A stretch of 64,000 nt of DNA. It comes from Acutalibacteraceae bacterium (GTDB lineage: Bacteria > Bacillota > Clostridia > Oscillospirales > Acutalibacteraceae). Made by a program: the position numbers and the translations under genes. The DNA is taken from contig JAZUSD010000102.1 of NCBI GenBank assembly GCA_045606545.1, forward strand, positions 22,663 through 86,662, given 5' to 3'. This document shows, piece by piece, positions 30,914-39,981 of the stretch (position 1 is the stretch's first letter; each line of letters begins with the position of its first letter). A model generated the notes under the pieces. That model saw only the letters and a program-made list of their open reading frames with translations. It was not told the DNA's origin and made no database searches.

Positions 30914-32806
30914 ATGTCTTTATTAACGGCACAAAACTTAACATTCGGTTTTCTTGACGGCGTCTTATTCAAAGGCGCCGCTTTTAAAGTGGAAGAGAAC
31001 GATAAAATTGGTCTTATTGGTGCTAATGGTACCGGTAAAACATCTTTATTTAAACTGATTATCGGCGAATATTCTCCTAATGAGGGTGGAATTGTCCGTG
31101 GTAAAGATGTTCGCATCGGTTATATGGAGCAGTATCTTGAATGCGAGGATAATCAGACCCTTTATAATGAAGCGCTGACTGTTTTTTCCGATGTTGCAAA
31201 AATGGAGGAAGAGCTTGAAGAAATTAATGAAAAGCTCCTGAACGAAAGTAGTTTTGAATTAATCGAAAGGCAGGTCAAGTTAACTGAAGAAATTGAGCGC
31301 AGAGACGGGCTTGTTTATAAAGCAAAAACAAAATCTGCGTTGATTGGTCTCGGCTTTTCGGAAAGCGACCTTGATTTAAAGGTAAAGTCTTTAAGCGGTG
31401 GTCAACGTTCTAAGCTTTCATTATGTAAATTGCTTTTATCAAACACAAATCTTTTGTTATTGGACGAGCCTACAAACAACCTCGATATTGATGCGGTAAA
31501 CTGGCTTGAGGACTTTTTAATTAAATATAAGGGTGCAGTTATTGTTGTTTCTCACGACAGATATTTTCTTGATAAAATAACTACCTCAACAATGGAAATC
31601 TCTCATAAAAAGCTTACTCTTACAACGGGCAATTACACAGTTTTTCAAAAGCTTAAAGCAGAGAGAGAGCTGACCATTGAACGTGAATATGAAAAAACCA
31701 TTACTGAAATCAAAAGAATTGAGGGCATAATCGAACAACAGAAACGATTTAATCAAGCCCGTAACTATATCACAATCGCAAGTAAAGAAAAGCAGGTTGA
31801 AAGGCTTAAAGAAACTCTCGTTGTTCCTGATAAAGCATTGAAAAGCGTTCATTTCAGCTTTAAAACTGATGTTAGGACAGGTGACGAGGTTGTTACTGTT
31901 AAAAACCTTTCAAAAAGCTTTCCTGATAAGGAATTATTCCGTAATTTCAATCTATCTGTTTTCAGGGAGGATAGAACCTTTCTTTTAGGACCTAACGGTT
32001 GCGGTAAATCTACATTCTTAAAGATACTCAATAAAGAAGTATCTCCTGATTATGGAACATTCCATTTCGGTTCTAATGTTAAGATAGGCTATTTTGACCA
32101 GAATATTGACAAGCTTCATTCTGATAAAACAGTTCTTGATGAGGTTTGGGATATGTACCGTTTCATGACAGAAACAGAAATCCGCTCAGCTCTTGCAATG
32201 TTCCTTTTCTGCGGTGAAGATGTTTATAAAAAGGTTTCTCTTTTAAGCGGTGGCGAAAGAGCAAAAATTTCACTTCTGAAAATTATGCTTTCAAAACCAA
32301 ATTTCCTTATACTTGACGAGCCAACAAACCACCTTGATATAACATCAAGAGAGGTTCTTGAAAATGCACTTTTAGATTTTGACGGAACTATGCTTGTTGT
32401 ATCTCACGATAGATATTTTATAAATAAGCTTGCTAATAAAACAGTTTATCTCACTCACGATGGTGCGGTTAATATTGACGGTAATTATGATGATTATCTT
32501 TTGTTCAGAGAAAACTCAGCGGTTAATGAAGTAAAAATAGCAGAGAAAAAGCCTGTTGTTAATGATTATAAACTGCGAAAAGAAAAAGCAAGTAATGAAA
32601 GGAAAAGAAAAAACCGTATTTCTAAATTAGAAGTTGAAATTGAGGAAACTGAAAATAAGATTACGGTACTTGAAAAAGAAATTTCAACTCCTGAAATTTC
32701 TGCGGATTATGAAAAGCTCCTTGAATACACCAATAATCTTAATGATTTGAAAATTAAACTTGAGGATATGTATTCGGAGTGGGAGCAGCTACAAACAGAA
32801 GAATAA
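30914..32806 (+). CDS. ABC-F family ATPase (translation-associated, Uup/YdiF-like)
   Basis: Two ABC cassettes (GANGTGKTS / LSGGQRSKL; GPNGCGKST / LSGGERAKI), no TM domain, and a C-terminal coiled coil. Confidence 0.9.
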   Translation: MSLLTAQNLTFGFLDGVLFKGAAFKVEENDKIGLIGANGTGKTSLFKLIIGEYSPNEGGIVRGKDVRIGYMEQYLECEDNQTLYNEALTVFSDVAKMEEELEEINEKLLNESSFELIERQVKLTEEIERRDGLVYKAKTKSALIGLGFSESDLDLKVKSLSGGQRSKLSLCKLLLSNTNLLLLDEPTNNLDIDAVNWLEDFLIKYKGAVIVVSHDRYFLDKITTSTMEISHKKLTLTTGNYTVFQKLKAERELTIEREYEKTITEIKRIEGIIEQQKRFNQARNYITIASKEKQVERLKETLVVPDKALKSVHFSFKTDVRTGDEVVTVKNLSKSFPDKELFRNFNLSVFREDRTFLLGPNGCGKSTFLKILNKEVSPDYGTFHFGSNVKIGYFDQNIDKLHSDKTVLDEVWDMYRFMTETEIRSALAMFLFCGEDVYKKVSLLSGGERAKISLLKIMLSKPNFLILDEPTNHLDITSREVLENALLDFDGTMLVVSHDRYFINKLANKTVYLTHDGAVNIDGNYDDYLLFRENSAVNEVKIAEKKPVVNDYKLRKEKASNERKRKNRISKLEVEIEETENKITVLEKEISTPEISADYEKLLEYTNNLNDLKIKLEDMYSEWEQLQTEE

Positions 32807-32813
32807 ATTTTTT

Positions 32814-32846
32814 ATCACCTGCATATAATTTTGCAGGTGATTTTTT
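32814..32846 (+). terminator. Rho-independent terminator
   Basis: ATCACCTGCA / TGCAGGTGAT stem plus T6. Confidence 0.8.
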
Positions 32847-33635
32847 ATGAATAAGAATAAAAAGGATTATTTATCAAAAACATTGTTATTGCAATTTTTG
32901 GTTTGCTTAGTTTTATTTGTCATTCTCTTTGCTTTAAAAAGCAGCAATTCAACAATTTTTAAAGACCTTGAAAATACTTTTTCAAAAAAATTGGAAGAAA
33001 ATCTAAGTGTTGAAGAAGCAAAATCAGTTATTTCAATTATAACGGATGATAAATCAGATGGAAAAAATGATAAAGAGAATACAGAAACTGTATCTGAGGC
33101 TGAAACAGTTTTTGTTCCTTTTGAAGAGCCGTCATTAAGTGCTGAAATAATTGCCACCGGTGGTAGAGATATAAAAGTAAATTCAAACAAAGATATACCC
33201 GAAAATGTTTCAGTAGATAGTTATAAACTGAGTCAGAAGATGGTATTACCGTTAAAAGGAAAAACAACATCAGAATTTGGAGTGAGAACCCATCCTATAA
33301 GCGGTGATTTGCGTTTTCATGCAGGTATTGATATTGCTGCAGAAATGGGCACAGATATTTATGCTGCTTTTGACGGAGAAATAATTGAAGCAGATTACGA
33401 TAAATGGAACGGTAATCACCTGAAAATTCAGCACGATAATGATATTATGACTGTATATTGCCATTGTGAAAAGCTTAATGTAAAAAAAGGACAAAAGATA
33501 AGAGCAGGAGAGGTTGTTGCAACAGTTGGCTCGACAGGTAGCTCAACTGGCCCGCATTTGCATTTTGAACTGAGAATAGATAACATCTCATATAATCCTC
33601 AAAAAGCTCTCAAAGGAGCTAAAAATGCAGTTTAA
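32847..33635 (+). CDS. Membrane-anchored M23 (LytM) peptidase, SpoIVFA-like position
   Basis: N-terminal TM segment. Intact HAGIDIAA (HxxxD) and PHLHFELR (HxH) motifs. Confidence 0.8.
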   Translation: MNKNKKDYLSKTLLLQFLVCLVLFVILFALKSSNSTIFKDLENTFSKKLEENLSVEEAKSVISIITDDKSDGKNDKENTETVSEAETVFVPFEEPSLSAEIIATGGRDIKVNSNKDIPENVSVDSYKLSQKMVLPLKGKTTSEFGVRTHPISGDLRFHAGIDIAAEMGTDIYAAFDGEIIEADYDKWNGNHLKIQHDNDIMTVYCHCEKLNVKKGQKIRAGEVVATVGSTGSSTGPHLHFELRIDNISYNPQKALKGAKNAV

Positions 33636-34248
33636 AATCAAAAACACTACATATAAAATTAGTTTCACCTTTTTTGCTTTGATTTTATATGTGGTAACTG
33701 TCAACCATAGCAGAACAATCGGCATTTTACTTTTTTTTGCTATAATGCACGAAATGGTTCATCTAATTTTTATTTATAATTTCTCTGTTGCTCCTGAAAT
33801 GGTTTCCTTTACTCTTTTAGGTGCAAATATAAAAAGGGGATTAACCGCATCATTTAAAGCAAATTCAGAGATTATTATAAATGCATCTGCACCTGTATTT
33901 AATATAATTACAGGTGTTATTTTTTTATTCTTTGCAAAAACCGGCATAAATCGACAAGTGATTTTAGAAGAAATAGCAAATGTCAATCTAGTGTTAGGTT
34001 TCTTTAACCTCTTACCTTTTTTTAGCTTTGACGGTGGAAATGTTTTAAAAAATATATTATTGAAATGTTTCTCTGAAAAAGTAAGCGAACAGGTACTGAC
34101 AATTACCTCATTGGCTGTTACGGTTGCATTCTCTTTTATTTCAATTTATATTTTTTTAAACTATCAACATAATTTTTCATTATTAATAATGTGTATTTAT
34201 ATGTTTCTCTCAATTATTTTCAAAAACCAAAACTCTCTTGATTGTTGA
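33625..34248 (+). CDS. M50 site-2 protease-like membrane protein (short SpoIVFB-like, no CBS domain)
   Basis: HEMVHL zinc motif in a TM helix and NLLPFFSFDGG (NxxPxxxxDG). 207 aa, overlapping the M23 gene by 11 nt. Confidence 0.65.
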   Translation: MQFKIKNTTYKISFTFFALILYVVTVNHSRTIGILLFFAIMHEMVHLIFIYNFSVAPEMVSFTLLGANIKRGLTASFKANSEIIINASAPVFNIITGVIFLFFAKTGINRQVILEEIANVNLVLGFFNLLPFFSFDGGNVLKNILLKCFSEKVSEQVLTITSLAVTVAFSFISIYIFLNYQHNFSLLIMCIYMFLSIIFKNQNSLDC

Positions 34249-34297
34249 TAAAAAATATTGTAAAATGTTTTCATATTTTTAATTGGAGATTTTTGCA

Positions 34298-36163
34298 ATG
34301 TTAAAAGAAAAAATTGAAAGAATTTTACCCTTGGTTCAAAAACCCGCAAGATATACGGGCGGTGAATTGAACTCTGTAGTAAAAGACAAGCAAAAAGTTG
34401 ATATACGCTTTGCATTTTGTTTCCCTGATACCTATGAAATCGGTATGTCGCACCTTGGAATGAAGATTTTATACAGTCTTATAAATTCCCGAGAAAATTA
34501 TTGGTGTGAAAGAGTGTTTGCACCTGATACTGATATGGAAAAAATAATGCGTGAGCGTGATATTCCTCTTTTCGGTCTTGAAAGCAGAGATGCTTTGACT
34601 GATTTTGATGCAGTTGGTTTCACTCTTCAATATGAGCTTTCCTTTACCAATGTTTTAAACATGCTCAATTTAGGTAAAATCCCACTTCGTTCTAAGGATA
34701 GGGGAGACACACTGGATTTACCCATTATTGTTGCAGGTGGTCCTTGCGTATGCAATCCCGAACCTTTAGCTGATTTCATTGATATTTTTCAAATCGGTGA
34801 AGGCGAAGAAATGATGCTCGAGTTTCTCGATTTGCTTAATAAATATAAAAAGCAGGGTAAATCAAGAAAAGAGTTTTTAATAGCAGCATCTGAAATTGAG
34901 GGTATTTATGTTCCGTCCTTATACAGTGTGGAATATAACGAGGACGGTACAATCAAATCCGTTACAGCCAATGAGGGTGCGCCTGAAAGAGTTAACAAGA
35001 GAGTTGTTGCAGATTTAGATAATATTTTCTATCCCGAAAATTTCGTTGTTCCCTTTGTTGAAGTAGTTCATGACAGAGTTGTTCACGAAATATTCAGAGG
35101 ATGTATCAGAGGTTGCCGATTCTGTCAGGCAGGCTTCTGGTACAGACCAATCCGTGAAAAGAGCGTTGAAACAATCAGTAAGCAAAGTCAGAGACTCGCT
35201 TGCACAACAGGTTATGATGAGCTTTCTTTGTGTTCTCTTTCAAGCAGTGACTATACTAAAATCACAGAGCTACTTGAAGAACTTTTAGGTTGGGCAAGCC
35301 CTCAGAAAATCAATATTGCCTTACCATCTCTGAGAATTGATAACTTCTCGGACGAACTTAAGGAAAAGCTTGCTCTTGTCCGCCGTTCAGGTTTAACCTT
35401 TGCTGCTGAAGCAGGGACACAGAGAATGAGAAATGTTATTAATAAAAATATAACCGAGGAAGAAATTCTCACTACCTGCAGAAAAGCGTTTACAGGCGGT
35501 TGGACTGCGGTTAAATTGTACTTTATGGTTGGTCTTCCCACAGAAACCGATGCTGATGTTATCGGTATAAACGAGCTTTCTCAGAAGGTTGTTAATGAGT
35601 TTTATAATAACCCTGACAAACCCAAGGGTAAGGGTGTAAGCGTCAGCGCAGGTGTTTCTTCATTTGTTCCGAAACCCTGTACACCATTCCAATGGGAACC
35701 GCAGGACACAAGAGAAGAGCTCCACAGAAAACAACAATTACTTCTTGAGACCTGCACAACTAAGAAGATTACATTCCGTTTCCATAATACTGATTTAACC
35801 TTCTTAGAGGGCGTTTTTGCCCGTGGTGACAGAAAACTCTGCGATGTTATTGAGGCTGCATATAATAATGGTTGCACCTTTGATAGCTGGGATGATAAGT
35901 TCAATTATGAAGGCTGGATGAAAGCCTTTGAAGATTGCGGTATCTCAACAGAATTCTATGCAAACCGCAGAAGAAGCTATGAGGAAATATTACCTTGGGA
36001 CCATATTAACTCTGGTATTAAAAAATCTTTCCTTATTGCGGAAAACGAGAAAGCAAAGCAAGCTCAGACAACAGGTCATTGCCGTCAGCAATGCGCCGCT
36101 TGCGGCTCAAATTCATTGAATGGAGGAAAATGCGATGCGCTCAATAAGAATATGGTTCACTAA
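34298..36163 (+). CDS. B12-binding-domain radical SAM protein (TIGR03960-like)
   Basis: CIRGCRFC radical SAM cluster motif and the N-terminal YTGGELN signature. Confidence 0.85.
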   Translation: MLKEKIERILPLVQKPARYTGGELNSVVKDKQKVDIRFAFCFPDTYEIGMSHLGMKILYSLINSRENYWCERVFAPDTDMEKIMRERDIPLFGLESRDALTDFDAVGFTLQYELSFTNVLNMLNLGKIPLRSKDRGDTLDLPIIVAGGPCVCNPEPLADFIDIFQIGEGEEMMLEFLDLLNKYKKQGKSRKEFLIAASEIEGIYVPSLYSVEYNEDGTIKSVTANEGAPERVNKRVVADLDNIFYPENFVVPFVEVVHDRVVHEIFRGCIRGCRFCQAGFWYRPIREKSVETISKQSQRLACTTGYDELSLCSLSSSDYTKITELLEELLGWASPQKINIALPSLRIDNFSDELKEKLALVRRSGLTFAAEAGTQRMRNVINKNITEEEILTTCRKAFTGGWTAVKLYFMVGLPTETDADVIGINELSQKVVNEFYNNPDKPKGKGVSVSAGVSSFVPKPCTPFQWEPQDTREELHRKQQLLLETCTTKKITFRFHNTDLTFLEGVFARGDRKLCDVIEAAYNNGCTFDSWDDKFNYEGWMKAFEDCGISTEFYANRRRSYEEILPWDHINSGIKKSFLIAENEKAKQAQTTGHCRQQCAACGSNSLNGGKCDALNKNMVH

Positions 36164-36797
36164 AAAAGACGCTTCCAAATATATTTCCCACCTTGATTTG
36201 ACCCGTTGCCTTATCCGCGCTTTCAGAAGAACCGATATTCCTTTGTGGTACACAGAGGGATTTAACCCTCATCCTTATCTTGTTTTCGGTTTGCCTCTTC
36301 CTTTGGGTGCAGAAGGTTTGCGTGAGGTTTTAGATATTCGTTTAACTGACGATAATTATACCAACGAAAGAGTTTTATCAGAGTTGAACAGAGTCAGCGT
36401 GCCGGGAATTGAGTTTCTCGAGGTTGCAGAACCTATTGAAAAGAATCTTGCAATTAATAAGGCTTATTATACAGTTTCAATTCCTTCAGTTGATAATGCT
36501 AAAGAGCTTTATAATAAAATAAAGGATGAAGTTGCAAAAGGTGATATAACAATTGAAAAGAAAACAAAAAAAGGCGGAATGAAGGAAATTAACGTCAGTG
36601 AGCACCTTATGGATTTTAATTGTAGTTTTGAAAACGATACTGTAAATCTTTCATTCATTTTGCCTGCGGGTAATGATTTCACGGTTAATCCCGTTGCGTT
36701 TTGCAATGCTCTGTTTAAAAGGGCAGGGGAAACGGAGCTTCTTCACAGAATAGTCCGTCACAAATTACTCACAAAAGATTTGAAGGAATTCAGATGA
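36135..36797 (+). CDS. Radical SAM-linked protein (DUF2344 / TIGR03936-like)
   Basis: IRIWFTKKDASKYISHLDLTRCLIRAFRRTDIPLWYTEGFNPHP. The ATG at 36135 lies 8 nt after GGAGG and overlaps the radical SAM gene by 29 nt. Confidence 0.8.
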   Translation: MRSIRIWFTKKDASKYISHLDLTRCLIRAFRRTDIPLWYTEGFNPHPYLVFGLPLPLGAEGLREVLDIRLTDDNYTNERVLSELNRVSVPGIEFLEVAEPIEKNLAINKAYYTVSIPSVDNAKELYNKIKDEVAKGDITIEKKTKKGGMKEINVSEHLMDFNCSFENDTVNLSFILPAGNDFTVNPVAFCNALFKRAGETELLHRIVRHKLLTKDLKEFR

Positions 36798-36828
36798 CTT
36801 AGTACCAGTATTTATATATAGTAATTTG

Positions 36829-36857
36829 TTGACAATAGTCGAACGATATGATATATT
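36829..36857 (+). promoter_or_regulatory. Sigma-A-type promoter of the Dlt-like cassette
   Basis: TTGACA (36829..36834), a 17-nt spacer ending in TGA, then TATATT (36852..36857). Confidence 0.55.
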
Positions 36858-36908
36858 GTATAAGTTAAAATATGTTTTTAACCAATAAATTTTTTTAGGA
36901 GAATTATT

Positions 36909-37139
36909 ATGGAAAAACTTTTAGAAATTCTTAAATCTGTTAGAGACGATATTGATTTCGAAAATGAAACTAAACTCATTGATGACGAAATCCTTGACAG
37001 CTTTGATATTGTTTCCATCGTTGGTGAGTTATGTGATGCTTATGACATTACAATCACTGTAGATGATATGGAACCCGAAAATTTCAACAGTGCAAGTGCT
37101 ATTCTTGCTTTGGTTGAAAGACTTATCGACGAAATGTAA
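36909..37139 (+). CDS. DltC-like carrier protein (phosphopantetheine-binding)
   Basis: 76 aa. The motif DDEILDSFDIVSIV matches the DltC LDSFG attachment-site context. Confidence 0.8.
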   Translation: MEKLLEILKSVRDDIDFENETKLIDDEILDSFDIVSIVGELCDAYDITITVDDMEPENFNSASAILALVERLIDEM

Positions 37140-37157
37140 TTGTAAAATGATTTTGGT

Positions 37158-37188
37158 TTGTTGAAACGTTAAAAAGGCGTTTCAACAA
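37158..37188 (+). terminator. Intra-operon hairpin (possible partial terminator/attenuator) between the carrier gene and the MBOAT gene
   Basis: 11-bp stem TTGTTGAAACG / CGTTTCAACAA with a 9-nt loop. It is followed only by an interrupted T-rich tract. Confidence 0.4.
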
Positions 37189-37236
37189 GCTGATTTCTTT
37201 GTTTATTATTAAGGTTCTTTTATTGAGGAGATAGAT

Positions 37237-38844
37237 ATGCCTTTTACGTCATTCAGATTCTTTTTCTTTTTGGCATTGGTTATCGCAGTGTATTACATTG
37301 TTCCAAAAAGATTTCAATGGGCTGTTCTTCTGGCAGCCAGCTACGCTTTCTACCTTTATAGCGGTATTGAACAAGTAGTTTACATTATCGGTACAACCTT
37401 ATTCACCTATGGTTCGGCGCTGTTTATGCAAAGCTTGCGAAACAAGAACCAGAAAAAAATTGATTCAATGGGTGAAGAACTGACCGCTGATAAAAAGCGA
37501 GAGCTAAAAAAAGCAGTTGCTAAGAAAATTCACACAATTCAGGTTCTTACTGTTTTAGTAAACCTTGGCACACTTGCTTGTCTTAAATTTCTCAATATTT
37601 TCATCGGCTCTGCTAATGATATGTTTACACTTTTCAAATGGGATGCTTCTATTCCGTTTGTTAACCTGATTGTTCCTCTCGGACTTTCTTATTATACATT
37701 CAACAGCATTGGTTATCTTATTGATATCGGTAGAGGAAAATATGCCGCTGAAAAGCATTTAGGTAAATTTGCTTTATTCGTATCATTCTTCCCGTCTGTT
37801 GTTCAAGGTCCATTGAACAGGTTTGGTGATGTTGGTGTTCAGCTGGGACAACCTCATAAATTAGAGTATGATAATCTTAAAAACGGTGCTCTTCTCATAT
37901 TATGGGGTCTTTTCAAAAAGCTTGTAATTGCTGACAGAGTTGCTGAAATTGCAAGAACAATCTTTGCCGATGGCTTTACCGATTACAACGGTTCTCAGAT
38001 TCTTTTCGGTGTTGTTGCATATTCCTTCCAGATTTATGGCGACTTCTCAGGTGGTACTGATATCACCCGCGGTGCTGCTCAGATGATGGGTATTGAATTA
38101 CCAATGAACTTTGAAAGACCGTTCTTCTCAATTTCTTTGGCAGACTTCTGGCGCAGATGGCATATGTCCTTGGGCGCTTGGATGAGAGAATATGTTTTCT
38201 ATCCCGTTATGCTTTGCAGACCTGTTTCCAATCTTAGCAAGAAAATGCGTAAAAAGCACGGTACTTATGCAGGTAAGCTTGTACCATCAGTTGCCGCACC
38301 TATGGTTGTTTTCTTCCTTATCGGTATATGGCATGGTATTACATCGCAATATATTGTTAACGGTCTGTACAACGCATTCCTTATTTCAGGTAGCGTTGCA
38401 TTGATACCTGTATATAAGAAGTTAATTGAGAAATTGCATATTAACACTGAAACATTCAGCTATAGATTGTTCCAGATATTCAGAACAACAATTCTTCTCT
38501 TTATTTCAAGAATTATTGTTAAAGCACCAAGTCTTAAGGATGCAGGCTTAATGATTAAAGCATTATTTACAAGCTTTGATTTGGACTTCATCTTAGGTAT
38601 AGACGGAAGAATTTATGATTATGGTGTAAATGAAAAAGAAATGACAATTGTCATTATCTCAATTTTAGTACTTCTTGTTGTCGGAATTCTTCAGGAAAAC
38701 GGCATAAAAATCAGAGAAACACTTGCAAAACAGAATATATTCTTCCGTTGGACATTAGTTTTGCTTTTAATAGCAGTTATCCTTATATTTGGTGTTTATG
38801 GTCCCGATTACAACGCAAGTGACTTCATTTATGGTAATTTCTAA
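37237..38844 (+). CDS. MBOAT family O-acyltransferase (DltB/AlgI-like), 535 aa
   Basis: Polytopic membrane protein with FWRRWHMSLGAWMREYVFYP (the conserved MBOAT His region) and a second His in IGIWHG. Confidence 0.88.
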   Translation: MPFTSFRFFFFLALVIAVYYIVPKRFQWAVLLAASYAFYLYSGIEQVVYIIGTTLFTYGSALFMQSLRNKNQKKIDSMGEELTADKKRELKKAVAKKIHTIQVLTVLVNLGTLACLKFLNIFIGSANDMFTLFKWDASIPFVNLIVPLGLSYYTFNSIGYLIDIGRGKYAAEKHLGKFALFVSFFPSVVQGPLNRFGDVGVQLGQPHKLEYDNLKNGALLILWGLFKKLVIADRVAEIARTIFADGFTDYNGSQILFGVVAYSFQIYGDFSGGTDITRGAAQMMGIELPMNFERPFFSISLADFWRRWHMSLGAWMREYVFYPVMLCRPVSNLSKKMRKKHGTYAGKLVPSVAAPMVVFFLIGIWHGITSQYIVNGLYNAFLISGSVALIPVYKKLIEKLHINTETFSYRLFQIFRTTILLFISRIIVKAPSLKDAGLMIKALFTSFDLDFILGIDGRIYDYGVNEKEMTIVIISILVLLVVGILQENGIKIRETLAKQNIFFRWTLVLLLIAVILIFGVYGPDYNASDFIYGNF

Positions 38845-38864
38845 AAGGGAGAGTTTGCATTAAA

Positions 38865-39959
38865 ATGACTAAAAAACAAATTTTACGTTCAATTGCTTTC
38901 TTTCTTGCGGTTGCTGTAATGGTTCTTACGTTATGTGATGTATTTGAACTTGAAAACACCACAAATCTTAACAAGCGCTTTTACACATATCGTTCATTAG
39001 AGAAAGATACAGTTGATGCGATTATTCTTGGTACAAGCGGTATAGACCGCTTCTGGATACCTTCTCAGGCTTATGAAGAATATGGAATGACGGTGTATCC
39101 TCTTGCAACAGATGCTATGCCATCATGGTTATATGTGCCAATTATTAAAGATGCTTTATCTTATCACGATTTAAAATTAGTTGTTGTTGATATCCGTTCC
39201 TTTGGTCAGAAAAATGAAGATATTGGTACAATGGATGTCAGAGCACGTCGTGTTCTTGATGCAATGTCAATATTCTCTGTTCATCGTATAGAGGCTGCAT
39301 TGAAAACAATGAAAATTCGTGATAGAGTTGATTCATCTGCATCTGAAATGGATTTATCGTATATTTTCTCATTGATTAAGTATCACGGTAAATGGATGGA
39401 TGATGATTTCAAAATCGAAAAGAACTTAGGTCCTAAGCCTCATAAATATTTAGGTTTCTTTGTAAGTGACAGGCTTACAATCAGCAAAACTACCCTTAAC
39501 CTCAAAGGCTATGACCCGAATCATTACGAGGATTTAGACCCATTGTGCGAAGAATCCTTGTATGAGCTTATTGATTTTGCAAAAGAAAACAAAATTCAGT
39601 TATTGTTTATGGATACACCTCAGATCAGAGGTAAATTTGAAACAGGTCGTTCAAATACGGTTTACCGCATTTTAGAAGAAGAGGGAATGGATTATATTCA
39701 TTACTACACACCTGATACTCAAAGCGGTATAGTTTCAAGACTGAATTTTGATTTTGAAAATGACTTTTATAACACCGGTCACGTTAACTATTATGGCGCT
39801 GTTAAGTTTACTAATGAGCTTTCACGTTATTTTATGGACAATTATAATTTGCCCGACCGCAGAAATGATGAATCCGTAAAAAAAGATTGGGACGGTGTTC
39901 AGAAAAAGCTTCTCGGAAAAGTTGCAAAATTAGAAGAGCTTCAATCCCAATCCAAGTAA
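38865..39959 (+). CDS. Membrane-anchored DltD-like / SGNH-like accessory protein
   Basis: N-terminal TM anchor. ILGTSGIDRFW is a candidate nucleophile motif, and the C-terminal FYNTGHVNYYGA resembles the DltD D-T-x-H-L-G-W region as I remember it. Confidence 0.5.
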   Translation: MTKKQILRSIAFFLAVAVMVLTLCDVFELENTTNLNKRFYTYRSLEKDTVDAIILGTSGIDRFWIPSQAYEEYGMTVYPLATDAMPSWLYVPIIKDALSYHDLKLVVVDIRSFGQKNEDIGTMDVRARRVLDAMSIFSVHRIEAALKTMKIRDRVDSSASEMDLSYIFSLIKYHGKWMDDDFKIEKNLGPKPHKYLGFFVSDRLTISKTTLNLKGYDPNHYEDLDPLCEESLYELIDFAKENKIQLLFMDTPQIRGKFETGRSNTVYRILEEEGMDYIHYYTPDTQSGIVSRLNFDFENDFYNTGHVNYYGAVKFTNELSRYFMDNYNLPDRRNDESVKKDWDGVQKKLLGKVAKLEELQSQSK

Positions 39960-39981
39960 CACTTTTAAAGAGGGTAAAAGT

